64,000 nt of DNA from Balanoglossus misakiensis (lineage: Eukaryota; Animalia; Hemichordata), in contig CM082584.2 in the NCBI GenBank assembly GCA_040954595.2, positions 11,312,552 through 11,376,551 of the forward strand, in the 5' to 3' direction. Positions 11,976 to 25,572 of this stretch are shown here, one piece after another (the first letter of the stretch is position 1; every line of letters begins with the position of its first letter). Position numbers and translations under genes: made by a program. The notes beneath the pieces were generated by a model. The model ran no database searches and had not been told where the DNA came from. It saw only the letters and a list, made by a program, of their open reading frames with translations.

Positions 11976-14900
11976 ATGAAGAATACGCATCTCAAAAATC
12001 ATGGGTAGAAGATGTGGACCATTTCATGGAGGAGGCGAAACAACAAGCTCATGCTCACAGGCGACGGAGGCGGGCCACATCTAGGAAGGACTATTTCGTG
12101 GAGACTTTGGTGGTAGTGGACAAGATGATGTACGGTTACCATGGAAGGGACAATATAGAGCCTTACACTCTGACTGTGATGAACATTGTAAGTATAATGA
12201 TTGTCGGACTTGGGAGATGGGAAAGTGAGTGAAAGTGGTCGTATACGGTGGGGTTCACATTGGACAACTTACGCAGGTCCTACACAGGTGTGTGTGGGCC
12301 CATACACACCTGTGTAGGACCTGCATAAGTTGTTTATAAGCCTGCTCAAAATGACCAATGTGGACATGCTATGTTGGACCAGTGCTGGGCTGGTTTAGTC
12401 TGGGTATTTGTGGACGGAAATGGCCTAAAATTCAACCCGGACACATTACGCAGGTCGCCCAGGTCCCATTTGGAGTTATCGCTGTTGATTTTAGGTACAG
12501 AATTGAAGACTTGACTAATTAAGCCAGCCCTGAGTCAAGCACCGACTTCAACTGTGCGAGTGTGGACACAAAACTAAATCAAACCCCAGAAAAGATTCTT
12601 CCATCCATGGTCAGGTCCTCGAAGGATTGAACCTACACGCTAAGTGTCTGGTTTATAGAAACAGCTAGGTGATATTAGCACTTGGCAAAATGCCCCCCTT
12701 GGTTGAAGAGGCCAACAAAACCAGATGCCAAGGCTAGTGGGAGGTTAGCAACCAGACAGTGGGTTGTCAGGTTGATGGTGATCAGCTGACCGTGTGCTCT
12801 CCACGCAGCTGCTACTGTTGGCCTTGCCCGCATCTCTGCCGACTATTTCTGGCGCAGCAAACTGTTCTGCAGATCTCAAAGGCATTCAAGGAGAAATTAT
12901 ATGAAACATTTGCTAGAACTAGTAACGAGGATAAATAGAGTGATGTGATAACCAACAGTTCAACGTAATATCAGCTGCATCATGAATAAAAGAAGTCGAA
13001 CCTCATTTGAAGCAAAACTGGAACTTCGACCGCTCCAGTATTTATAAACTACACCCATCAGTGTCGTTAACCCACATACATTTTAGAATTTCGCAGACTG
13101 ACGCAAATATCCCACTAAATGATACACATGTGTCAGTATAGTCGAACAGTTACCCGTATCTTAAAATACATCCCAAACCACTTTGTGTCCCAAAGTGATT
13201 TGATCCTCGAACAACCGACCCATTCATTGCAAACTACAAAGCGTCTTTATTGCATTAAATGGACACAAACTGGCCACCTAGGTAACCAGGTTTCGAAAGT
13301 TTGAGGTCAGAGGTCGCTTTCGACAACCCCATAGATACAGACAGTCGCAAGTGCGAGCAATGGACAATGTCAAGTTTATTAATTGTGAATTTCAGAATTT
13401 AGCGATTGCAGCTGGTAGATCACTTTTTGATTTAATGACTTAGGCTCCATATAACATGCATACTTATAGTTCTCAGGGTAGGGCATTTCTTTTTTCATAA
13501 GAGCTGGGAAAGTCATTCAAGATGAGAGAGGAGGTGTCTGGCCTCCTTTGCATCATGGGAAGTCCTTTGCAACCTTGCAGAGAAGAGTCAATCTCCAGGA
13601 AGTTCCATTTGATGGAATGACACCGCGACACCAGCTGCGTAAAAATGTCAAGTTCAACCAAACAGAAACAGTAGCAACCATGCAGTCGAAAGCTTAGAAA
13701 TTAAGAAACAGAGTTGCGTTTACAATCACTTTCATCCAAACAGCACTCCAAAGGCACTTGTGTGAAGGGTAATTAAATCTACCCAGGTTAAGTGGGCAGT
13801 AACTATAAATTTTGACTATTTTTTGTCAGTCTATTTTGTTCTGTGTGTCAACCATAGTATCTATATCCGCAGCGTGTACAGTATTCTGTTTTTGTCAACA
13901 TACAATGTAGTCTGTATACATGTATGGTACATGTATGTGTAAGAGCCTATGTTATTGTCAAAATGGATTCAAATCCAGGGATTCAAGTCTGGACTTGAAT
14001 CCAGTTTGAATTCAACACAGAAAAGTTGACTGCATACATGCACATGAAACTGCAGTTGATATGCAGATTAAAATACTGGAAAAAAGCCAAAGATTTTTAA
14101 CTTTTTTAAACCCAAGTACAGAACTGATAAAATATAACATAAAAATGTTGATCCAAATCGCAGTTTTACTTTTTTCAGTGCTTTGGTGCTAACTGGATGA
14201 AAATGATTGTACAGTACAACTCGCCAGGTGGTCGTACGCAGAAGTCATTCATAATTAGTGTCTGATTTCTTAGCGGCTTCGTGGAGGGTTAGCTGGCTGG
14301 CGAGGAAGGAAGTATGGGACCTGTAGGATGTTGGTCGGGAATGTTCGCGGTATTCACATATTGACACCACATGTGCAGAGAGAGATAGAAAAGTTACAAA
14401 CAAGACAAAAATTGGTACTCTTGGGTTCCATGGAGGATGTTGTCAGACTCTTTTTGTTTTTTTGTTTACTGAGACAGATGTAAGATAAATTGTACGATGC
14501 GAAGATGAACAGGATGTGTTGATTGGAGTTTGCACTTCTGGTGGCCTTTGGTTTGACAAATTTATTGCCGTTGTCGATGTTTGAAGGCCATGAGAGGTGA
14601 GAGAAGGAACATCTTCAAAGAGGTTGTTATCCTTTGGTTGCACTCTTTTAATGCATCTTCACCTAAGGGACAGACCAGTAGCACTTGGAGGGGGGGGGGG
14701 ACAAAACAAGAAGTGTGAATGGCTCCGACAACTGAGTAGCAGTACAACTGAAATGACTCTTTATATGAAGCAAAACAGTACAAATGTCGGAAGATCGACC
14801 ACTTTGATCATTTTGAAAGTCAAAATGTGACCTGATTCTCACTGTCATATTAAACTGCGTGTCTGTTTATGGCATCAGAGCAAACCATCATTTTGCATAG

Positions 14901-17900
14901 CACGGTGCAGCAGAAATAAACAGACTGCACTGGATGGGCTGGGAGTGATGTTTTTGAAGGGAAACAGAAAGGAGGTGTGGAATGCTAAGTGTGTATATGC
15001 AACAGAGGTTCCAAGTGTAAACTGTTGGGGAGGTTTGCATTGCAGGCGTCAAGGAGGGTTTTCCATACAGTGACAGTGACAAACTGGATTGAGTGTATGG
15101 CTCTTCAAATGGAGCCAAAGACTTTAAAAAAATTACAGTTTATACTGGATTGAAATTACTTTCACTGCTAAACACTTGTAAACTGAATCTCCTGAACATC
15201 CTGAATAGGAGACCTACTCCCCAGATTACTCGTCACATCCAGGAAGGAACAAATGAACGTAAACGTCCGAGAAGTGTGCAAAAGCACGCTTTCTCCTAGC
15301 AGTATAAAGTTTATTGGGGCAAAGATTTAAGACTAGTCCAATAAATTGTCTGAGCTGAAGGGTCCCAGAATGCAATGCAGCTTAACCACAATGTCCCCAA
15401 GTGTACAGACTAATTTCACCTCCTGGGAGTGAGCGCGGGCTTCAGTGTTTACCTTATCTTCATTAACCCTTTGCATAACACAGGCAGAGTGCAGGCACAT
15501 CAAAGCTATAGGCTCCAATTATTTGTAAATAAATTCCTGCTAACTAGAAGAGTATAGGGGTCGGTTTACACAGACGTTGGATAGAGGGCCAGGGTTTTCG
15601 ATGAAACCTCTTTATCTGACAAAGTCCTGGTTAGATTCTAGACTACCGTAATTGCTTTCTACATATCATTTTTTTTCATAATCTGTGATGAAACCTGTCA
15701 ATTAAATTACACTGGACACTCCTCGGTTCTGCTGACATCCCATGACCTTGTAACCATAGCAACTCGCCTCCAACAAGCATTTGTGGGGACTGAATTATGT
15801 AGAGCTGCTGTGAGATACTGGACAATATGTGAAGGAATGAGAGATTTCTGGGCACGGCTTGTCAGACATAAACAATGAAGCCAAAAATAACGCCAGGGAC
15901 ATGCGATGTAGTAAGATTTACATCAGTTGTAAATTGTATAACTTAGGTGAAATGCCTCAGGGTGTATAACATACTTTGTTAAATTTGAGAGAATGGAGAG
16001 GACAATGCCTTGTAGGTCTGTTAAGTGAAATTTGGCCTTGTTTTCCCAGAAAGTCAGTCAATTAAGGTTATAGACATGTTTCAGTCAAACACTGAGTGCT
16101 AGGAACCGCTTAGATCTCTACTGAAAGTTATTATTTTAAAACTTTTTGACTTCTGTTCCTGAGAACATTTGCAGTATATATTCTCGCCCTCTTTTTTTCT
16201 GTGAAGGTAACCATGTAGCTATCCTCGGGGAGGTGGGGGTAACGGACGGATGGATGATGCGCTTTCCAGCTTGTGTTGTCCAACCCGGAATGGGGGAAAA
16301 CACAAGCCAGATAAACACAACGTGGACGTTAGATGCACTGAGAACACACATGTCAGATCAACCCATGCGAGTCACCTTTCAATGAACTCTGTCAGGCATG
16401 GCTGATTTTAACATGTACACAACACACACACCATCTCTAGTGGGTCAGTGATGCCAAAGCTGAACACGGTCAACAGCTTTGGCAGATGAACCTGTCAATG
16501 AATGAAGTACATTTGTTAACGTCAAAGTGAGTTTCACAGCTGCGGTGTTGTAAATAGCCTCCTTGAAGACCAGTGTGTCTGCGAAAGTTATCAGCGCCCA
16601 GGGCTAAGACCTTCCCGATCAACTTGAAACATGAATGCAGACAAATGTATGGAATTCCCACTTGTCACGTTTGCCTGATAGCGGTTTTTCTTTAATTGCA
16701 CTTTTGTGGTGCAACTCTTGAAGTGGGAGTGACCCAGACTCGTGACAAATGTAAGGTTATCCAACGGACCTTGAGAAATGCCACTCATGCCATGTTGCAA
16801 GGTCAATGGAGTGCTATTGGTCAATCAATCAATTAACTCTATAACATTCCAGGTGTTAATAGTAATAACACCTGTGTTCAGTTGTACATGACACTGTCGA
16901 GGTTTCTGGCGACTCTGACCTTTCTTGAGAAAGGTCATTGGAGTATGCAGTGCGTATGCAGAGAAGCGGAAACAACTACTTGTAACTGGCTCTGAGAAAC
17001 AAATTGCTGACTATGAAAATATTAAACCGGCGAAAAAATCAGATCAATTATAAACACCATACTTGTACATTAAGTTTTGCCAGCCAGAATAAAAATGTTC
17101 TGGTTCTTTGCACAATATGAGTAAAATAGTCTAAGTATTGACTATAAAGAACAGATCGCTTCTATCAATGTGTAACCTTTTCCTGTTTTAAGAGAGCAGA
17201 TTCCCACAAACTTATCTGTCACATTAGTTACTTAACCTCAAACACACTTTCGTTTTGAAAATATTGTTAATAGCTTTCATCTCTCTTTTCTCTTGGTGTT
17301 TCTTCTGGAGGTCAGGTCTCCAATCTGTACCATGATGTCAGTATTGGCAATTCTATCAATATTGTTGTTGCCAGGATGGTCATCATCATGAAGGATCAGG
17401 TAATTAGTCCGTTCTTTTCTGTTTTTTCTTAAAACTGCATTTTTGAAATTATATTCGTTTGTTTATGTGCTAATAATTATTACAAGCTGGACAAATTCCG
17501 TAATAGTCTCTTCCTCTGTGTACACACAGCAACATTTGGAAATCACGCACCACGCCGATCGATCGCTGGACAGTTTCTGTCTGTGGCAGAACAGTATCAA
17601 CCCAGCACCAGACTCCAAAGCCGTATCAGACGAGGGCATCGCACACCACGACAACGCTGTGCTAATAACCAGGTGAGCTTTGGTGTCTCATCATCCATGA
17701 CTCCATTAGATTGCACCCTTGTGTATTCCAGTTCCCTTCCCCTCTCCACACACCCTCCCTTGGCATGTTAACCTCTATCTCCTATTGACTCAGACAATTT
17801 ACCAAACCATCAACACCATGACAGTGCACAACAGACTTGCAAGTATGTCATGCACTTTTGCAACTAATACAGGAAGAGGTGGTTCCAGGTATTGTCGGTG

Positions 17901-20900
17901 CGATGTAAAGTTGGAACTTATCAAACCATGTGTCACCAAAGGGACGTCAATAAATTACGCTCGGAGAACTCTTTATGAGCTCTCTTTAAAAATTACTGCC
18001 TTTCTTTCTTGATCAAGAACTGTACTGGCTTGTAAGATAGTAAAATGTCCATAGGGTACAAGTGTTAAGTTGTGCATGCATGTTCATTCATTTGCTGTTT
18101 TTTGAACTCTGGGTATATAATGCATCAAAACTATACTGGCATGCTTGTGGGTAAACAAAGATAAAGAGGGGAAAATTCACAGGGTACAGCCTTGAACGAA
18201 ATTTGCCCGTGTCATGCAGTGGTTAAAACAAGAAAAACATGGTGAGATGCCAAGATTTGGGGTTGAAAAGTTGAGCCGATGTGAATCTGACACGACAGAT
18301 ATCATGCATCAAATGATTTATACTAGCCATGAGTGGTGGACCCAGTAAGCCACAAGAGAATGAAACCTTGTAATTGATTGTATCAAAACTGCATGTGTTA
18401 CATGTACCAGGACTGTTTGTTCCACGCTGTTTCTTGAAAAATATCTCTTTCCCCGAGATTTATTGCCACTTAGTGTGTTTTTCTGCCTTTGGAGGCAAAT
18501 AATAAATTAATGAAGCAAAGGGGAATTGAGTCCATACACACCAATGGCAGAAGAACTGCTTCATTGTATTCAGTCATAGACCATGAAGATGCTTCCGTGC
18601 AATGCTCAGAATAAAGAGACAAAGTTGCCAGTAGATATACATCAAGTGCTTGCCATGGGAATGTTGTGACATACATTGCATCCCTGTTCTCTCTATAAAT
18701 CTGAAAACCTGTCTAGACCGAACACCTCTCTCAGTCCTCAGCACATAATACACTGTCATAAGAAACTTGATTAACAAGACACCTCTGCAAACTGAACAGA
18801 TTTTTCTGTCCCATCAGTGTTCTGTTTACACAGGTTTACTGTGTGTGGTTTTTAAATTTTATCCAATAGTTACGTCTTCAGGAAAATTAGATTTCAAGGT
18901 TTTGTCCACAATTTGAATGAATAAATTGTATTTACATTAAACTTCTTGTTCTTGCAGGATTGATATTTGCAGGCATCAAAACAAACCCTGTGGCACCCTT
19001 GGTAAGCAGACATTTGTGTGTTTTGTAACCCTTTCGCTACCATGATTTGGTTCAAACCCATTGTTTTCTATGCTAAAGTTGGACCTTTATGGTTCATAAC
19101 AGGCAAAATTGATAAAATCCATATTCTTTTAATCAGAATTTGTCTTCTCTCGTAGGTTTGGCAACAATGGGTGGCATGTGTGAGCCTGAAAGAAGTTGCA
19201 GTATCAATGAAGATATGGGACTTGCATCGGCTTTCACTATAGCGCATGAAATGGGACACAAGTGAGTAGATCGAGAAACAGTCCAGTCAAGATCAAAGTG
19301 GGGTGTGGAAAGGTGGGGGTGGGGGGGGGGGGTGACACATCAAAGTCAAGTTCTTGTCAATGTGGATCCAGTTAAATTAATTTGCAGACGTGATCCAAGT
19401 GCATTGAAGTGTTGAGAGCAGAAACATGACATTGTGTACTCTCTATCTATATCTGGGCAAGGGGTGTCATCCAGTCAAACACCACAAGCTCATTGCAAAT
19501 ATTTGATAGCCCACTTCTGGCACTTCAAACAGTGTCCAAAATTAAAGAAAGCCGATCCCTCATTTCCTGCAGTAGGCAGCAAGCCAGTGAGTCACCTGCC
19601 ACAAGATGCGTCTACAGACGTACCTCCATGATGCGTCCAAGCTGTTGTTTGAGCTGTATCACTTCCTGCACCATGGGTTTGCGTGCTCGCTGAAATTCCT
19701 CACTGGAGTCCTTTACAAAAAAACATTTTGTAGACATCTGTAGAATTATATAGCCCATAGTGTTTTTATCAAAGTTAATATACTTTCTGTTGATGTGTGT
19801 AGATTTGTGTGTGGCTTTGACTGCTTTTCTGTTGAAGTCAATAGAAACGTGAAAGTCCATAGAATACTATTGAACATTTTCTGTGGGCTGTCAGGATTCC
19901 ATTGACAGTGATTCACTTCTCTCATGCAGGAAAGAAATGTAAACAAAAAACAAAGTGATCATTTCCACATGTGATTTCTGCTATTGCAACCAATGCAACA
20001 CTCCGTCTTTGTCCTGATTTCATTAGGAGAATTACGCCATCACCTGTTGTGTCTCTGATTAGAATGGAAATTTCAGGTGTCAGATTCCCTGTCTGCATTG
20101 CATGCTGGGAAACGTGTTCACCTGGCTTTGGGTTTGTACATCCACCTTCACCAAAGCATGCATCATTGCCGATCGAGGATCCTAACAGAGGTCTACTGGC
20201 AATCGTGCAAATACAATAGCTGGTCAAAGCTGTGTTCTCTAGCTTGATAGGATTGGGACGTGTATTTATTTTGCAATGGTGCTGATCCTCTAGACAGAAA
20301 AATAAACATTGACAGAAGAGTGTCAAGTGTTTGAACAACAGGCAGGAAACAGGCACATAGCATTCTCTGCTAGTGTAAACTCTTCTTGTACTGTGTCCGG
20401 GGCCAGCATTTGACATCTTCAAGTGACAGGCACCATGACAAATTCAAGGCCCTTGTCTTAATCCCAAACAGATGCGTAGATTTTTTTGTTTCTTGTTCTT
20501 CCAAGGACTTGTTTTATAATTACTGTGACTCTATTTGAAGGTCGAGAGATGTGTCAAGTACTTGAAATGTGGGATTTGAACTAGCTGGCCCAGGGGTATA
20601 GCGATCGCATTTCAGAGGCAGTTTGCTCTTGAACTTTGCAGTACTTGTGTGTTTGAAATAAAGGTCTTCAACTAAAGTGGCTGCTTTTTTTTTGCTTTTT
20701 TTTTGCTTCACAGCTTTGGAATGGTACATGATGGAAGTGGGAATGACTGCGGAAAACCAGGACATGGAAAGGCTAAAATCATGGCCGCCCAGATGAACCG
20801 GAATACAGATCCTTTTTCGTGGTCGCATTGTAGTCGATCGTACATCAGTGAATTTCTAGAGTAAGTTTTCACAACCTAGTGTGTTTCTTCCTTCCGCAGA

Positions 20901-23900
20901 GGAAAAGGGTTGAGGAGAGGGAAAGGTCCAGAAAGGTTACGAGATACAGAGTCAATGGATATATAATTTTATTTTTTAGGGATGAGGAACATAGAAAACT
21001 CCTGGAATATCCCAGAATTTTGAGTGTAGATTTTTATGACATAGCTTCAGTACAAGCAACTTTTCAAAGCTGTATCACAGCCAGTGTACATAGTTCTCAT
21101 TCTTGATGTCTTTTTTGCTGTTGTTTCAGTGCTGGCAAGGGCCACTGCCTGGAAAACCCATCCTCCAATGAGGTGGAATTGGTCTTGCCCACGGAGATGC
21201 CAGGACAGGTCCATAATGCGGATGAGCAGTGCAAGTTTCAGCACGGCCCCAGATCTCGTCAGTGCAAACATGCCGTAAGTTTGACTGTCTGTTTCAACAA
21301 TGTTTACTAGCCTTCCTAAATTAATGTACCAATTGATCAATGTTGGTTTAGTACCAATTGGCCGACTTTTTTGTAGATGACGCCCTCAGTACCTGCTGAA
21401 CAGTACACTTTTGTTTTTATTCCAAAAAGCGCAACTTTTAACTGTAACGCTTATCGTACCTACAGGAGGTGTGTGGACAGCTGTGGTGTATCAGTCAAAA
21501 TAACCGATGTGCAACCAATAGCATACCAGCAGCGCAGGGAACTAAGTGTGTGAAGGGGTCTGGTGAGGATGGGGTGAGTTTTCACATCCTAGTCAGTTTG
21601 ATGTCTTTTCTGTATGTAGCCGGGCTCTGGGCTGAATGTCAAGGCCAAGGACACCTACATGTACATTTTTGCAGTCTGTCTCGCTCTGTCTTTTACTTGT
21701 ATGTGTATAGACATCAGAGCCATTTTTCAAATTTTCCTGAACTGAAACGGTACAAGGACAGAATGTGACGGTTTACACGCACGCCAGCATACTTTGAGTG
21801 GGAAAACAACCCAGCTGTTAGTTTGATGTTTATATGTTTTGGAGTCATTAACCAGACGTGTCAAAGCGAATTAATTTCAAAGTTTGTCTTCCCGTCTCTC
21901 TGGTATTTGCAGTGGTGTTATCAAGGTGAGTGTGTTCCGTACGGGGATAGACCGAATGCTGTGGACGGAGGATGGGGCGAGTGGACATCGTGGGGACCGT
22001 GTTCAAGAACTTGTGGTGGTGGAGTATCGGCATCAGAGAGACACTGCGACAATCCTGTGTAAGCATCTCTGTTTTTCTGTGCCTTCAATGCTCGCTTTTT
22101 TTCACATTTGAGTTTTTACATTTTGTTTGTCAGAAAGTTTGTTTATTCTGCCAATTTATGCCGATTTTAATGTTTTTTATCATGTAGACCTGCTTTTGGT
22201 GGAAAATACTGCCCTGGTGAAAGGAAAAAATACCAGTCCTGTAATATTGATGTAAGTGGTCAGTTGGAGATCATTTCAAATCAAGTTTTGATCCAGAAAT
22301 GAAATAAATTTGGATGCCAACAGTTATGGCAGTTGTTACCGTCTGTGTAAAGCGCCATCAAGTGGCAAGGCTGTCAAGCTGTCATCATTGCTGATGCGTG
22401 TGTTATTTTCTTGTTCCAGGATTGTCCGGAAAATTCTCGTGATTTTCGGGAGCTGCAGTGCGCCAAGTTCGACAACGATCCCTTCCGCGGATTGTACTAT
22501 AACTGGGTGCCTTTCTTGGGTCTCCAAGTCGTACCGTGTGCTTTGAATTGTCAGGCTGGGGGCTATAATTTCTACGTGAAAAAAGCTGCTCAGGTCGTTG
22601 ATGGCACAAAATGCAACAAAGAATCTTTGGATATCTGTATTAATGGCCAGTGCAGGGTGAGTGGCTGAACTCTGTTGATTTTTGTTTCATGGACTATTTT
22701 TAAAAGCGAAATTAAAAGTATTGACACATGAAAGAAATTATGATTTATTACATAATAAAAAGAAAAGACCATAAACGTCAGTTATAAGGGGAAATCAACC
22801 AACAACAAAGTACTGTCTTTAGTTAAACATACTCATGACATATCAGTAATCGAATGTCCTGTCTTTCTTCAACAGGAAGTGGGCTGTGATAAAATTCTGG
22901 GCTCAACGAAAGTGGAAGATCGCTGTCGTGTTTGCGACGGTGACGGAAGCACCTGCGAGACAGTTTCCGGTTTGTTTGAAGATGATGTTGCCAAGGGAGA
23001 CTACCATGAAGTTATCACTATACCTAGGGGGTCTGTTCATATTGAAGTCGCAGAAGTTGCAGTCTCTGGAAATTATCTGGGTGAGTCGTCTTTTTTTGCC
23101 TTTTGTACCTCAGGGACGGGTTATCAGAATAATGATAGTCATCCAACCCTGTCAATTCTTTGTGATTTTAAAGTGTGTGAGGAGTCTTTTTGAAAACGTA
23201 GCCTTGTCGTAGAAGAAAGCTGGAGGGTGTTCACCATCTTGTTTTCATAAAACTCACTACACATTTTAATTATTCCACTTTCAGCTTTGAGATCAGTCAA
23301 TGATGAGTATTACATCAATGGAGAGTGGGCCATAGATTGGCCGCGATCGTTCGACATTGCCGGTTCAACGTTCAAATATGAAAGACCCAGTGACAGGCCA
23401 GAGTCTCTGACTGCACCAGGGCCGACCACTGAGGACCTCATCGTGATGGTGAGTTCTTCTGACAAATTGTGGTTCCAGCAAACACCATCACAAAAATGCA
23501 ATGTCTCTTTCTTTTTTGTGTGCAATAAATAAATATGTGTGTTTAAAAACAACCATTTGAATGCCATCAGGGATGTGGGTGGATGACTCAATTTATATAT
23601 TTTTTTTCTCTGGAACAATAGCTACTTCTGCAAGAAGATAATCCTGGTGTGAAATATAGGTACAATGTTCCGGTAACCAGGACAGGCAGTGGTGATAACG
23701 AAATAACCTTTTCTTGGGAACACAAGCCGTGGTCGGAATGTTCCGCTACATGTGCAGGAGGTAGGGCTGCCATTTTTGATCCTCTGACATTTGGTGGTAG
23801 CAGAAGTGTTACCATGGTTTCCAAACCATTTACCTATGGTATATTCACCAACCCCAGCCAAAACACTGTAAGTGTAGTTGTATTGAATGGGATTGGATGG

Positions 23901-25572
23901 GTAGACCTGTTCCAGGGAAAGGTAGTTCAATTTTATGACAGAATTAAAGGAGAATTATGAGGATGATATGACTTTGCGCCTGTAGGAGTATCAACAGCGC
24001 CAGTTATCTGCGTACGCAGCGACGATAACACCGAAACACTGTCGCCTACGTACTGCAACGCTCAAGCCAGACCAGCAGATCGCACCAAGTCATGCAACAC
24101 AGAACCATGCCCACCTGAGTAAGTATCTATTCCCCTAGCTTCTCCAAATGAGTTCAAGATCAAGTTTCTAATAGTCCACAAATCAATCTGTTGGAAACAT
24201 TATGATCTGTACAATATAGATTACTCTGTTCAGAATGCAAGCATGAATACCTTTGACCACAGTCCCCTTATCATAGAGAGACTTTGAAATGTAATTGTCT
24301 TTGCAGTGAAAGAATCTAACTTTGATGGTTATGTCTCTCCCCCTCCCCCTCCCCCTCCCTCTTGCCCCTTCTAGGTGGTTCCTGGGTGAGTGGTCCCCCT
24401 GCAGCACAACCTGCGGCGGTGGCTACAGGACAAGAACTGTGGCCTGCATCAGTAAGATTGCAGCCGGAGAACAAGAGATGGTTCCTGAAGACCAGTGCAT
24501 GACGCACAAGCCAGCGTCTAGAGAGACCTGTGGAGTTGAGCCGTGTCCGCCAATATGGGTAGCCGAACCCTGGGGGGAGGTAAGTTTTGGGCTGTGAAGC
24601 TCGAGATTTCTACCAGTATATATGGGTTAGAAGTTCGGTGTTGTTGGTGGTGGAGTTTACACAAGACAAATGCCTAACATTATCTGCCATTAGAAAGGGT
24701 TTTCTCCAATGCTTTTATGTTAAGCAAAGTTTGCTGTTGTCTTTGTCGGACTGAATATCCTGATGGAGACGGAGACATCGATTTGATGAAACAAAAATCG
24801 TACTTTTGTCTTATTTTAGTGTACTCCAAATTGTGGACCTGGTCAGAAGACACGTATTGTGTCATGCATGAGTAGCGACATGAAGTCCCGGCTTCATCCA
24901 CGTAGCTGTGCTGGCACCCGGCAACCACCCAGTCAGATATCATGTAACAACGGGGCCTGTCCGCCACCATCTTGGACATTTGGCGAGTGGGGAGAGGTGA
25001 GTCCAATTGCCTTTCACTTTAATCGTTCTATACTTTACCACTCTGTTCAACTGACTTTAATACAGGAAGGATATTGTCCTATTTCACGTAAGGCTTATAT
25101 TTAACACCAGACTCAAACAGTAAAAGTTTTTTTTGCACTCTTTTATCGACACTCAGTGTTCAGCTGATTGTGGCAAGGGCCAGCAGACTCGGACTGTTTC
25201 CTGTCAAGCTTACACTGGCCTGCCTTCCCAAGAGTGCGATGACTCTCTGAGACCTCCCAGTATACAGGAGTGCGATTCACCGTGTGTCACAGAAGACAAA
25301 ACTGAAGGTGAGTAGAATATCTAATGATGATTCTATCTAAGTTTGACAACCTCAGTCGTGTTTTTTGCTCTTAATAGTTGTTGATATGAAAGCGAGATAA
25401 ACGGGACTGATCGGTAACTTCTTGGTTGTTTTTTTATCGAATTTCAGTGTGCGAAGATGTCAGTCAGGTGTCATACTGCCCTCTGGTGTTGAAGTTTAAA
25501 TTCTGCAATCGCGCCTACTTCTATCAGATGTGCTGTAAGTCGTGTTCACAAGTGGAAAAAGCCGGCCGGTGA
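11976..25572 (+). CDS. ADAMTS6: ADAMTS6/ADAMTS10-like secreted metalloprotease, 5'-partial (signal peptide and most of the prodomain not found in the window, presumably upstream)
   Basis: GT-AG exons: 11976-12187, 17316-17399, 17530-17672, 18958-19001, 19156-19261, 20714-20860, 21130-21274, 21466-21573, 21913-22058, 22188-22251, 22420-22656, 22876-23080, 23285-23448, 23622-23760, 23986-24118, 24375-24579, 24820-24996, 25157-25307, 25448-25572 (TGA). Motifs: furin site [16 protein letters not shown] and [13 protein letters not shown], zinc motif HEMGHNFGMVHD, Met-turn, TSP1 [17 protein letters not shown], Cys-rich and spacer domains, further TSP1 repeats, and C-terminal [36 protein letters not shown] typical of ADAMTS6/10. 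Probably co-orthologous to both vertebrate genes. Confidence 0.93.
12264..12333. repeat. 70-bp near-perfect palindrome
   Basis: 35-bp arms 12264-12298 and 12299-12333, 2 mismatches, no spacer, centred on GGGCCC. Confidence 0.9.
19026..19090 (+). mobile_element. ~90-bp TTAA-MITE family copy (right end missing) in ADAMTS intron
   Basis: TAACCCTTTCGCTACCATGATTTGGTTCAAACCCATTGTTTTCTATGCTAAAGTTGGACC. Confidence 0.7.
19300..19332 (+). repeat. Intronic G-rich tract (potential G-quadruplex)
   Basis: GGGGTGTGGAAAGGTGGGGGTG followed by a poly-G run. Other G/C runs occur at ~14686-14700, ~24338-24368 and 55098-55119. Confidence 0.55.

Noticed and set aside
13964-14180. Small hairpin GGATTCAAGTC/GACTTGAATCC and possible CAC...GTG-ended element
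   Set aside because: Termini too degenerate and no second copy or TSD seen, so it cannot be supported as a mobile element.
23761-23960. Open frame continuing through an ADAMTS intron with a GTAAGT at 23868 (possible alternative donor or short isoform)
   Set aside because: The alternative donor is phase 0 while the next exon needs phase 1, and the extra peptide interrupts a TSP1 repeat; unsupported without RNA data.
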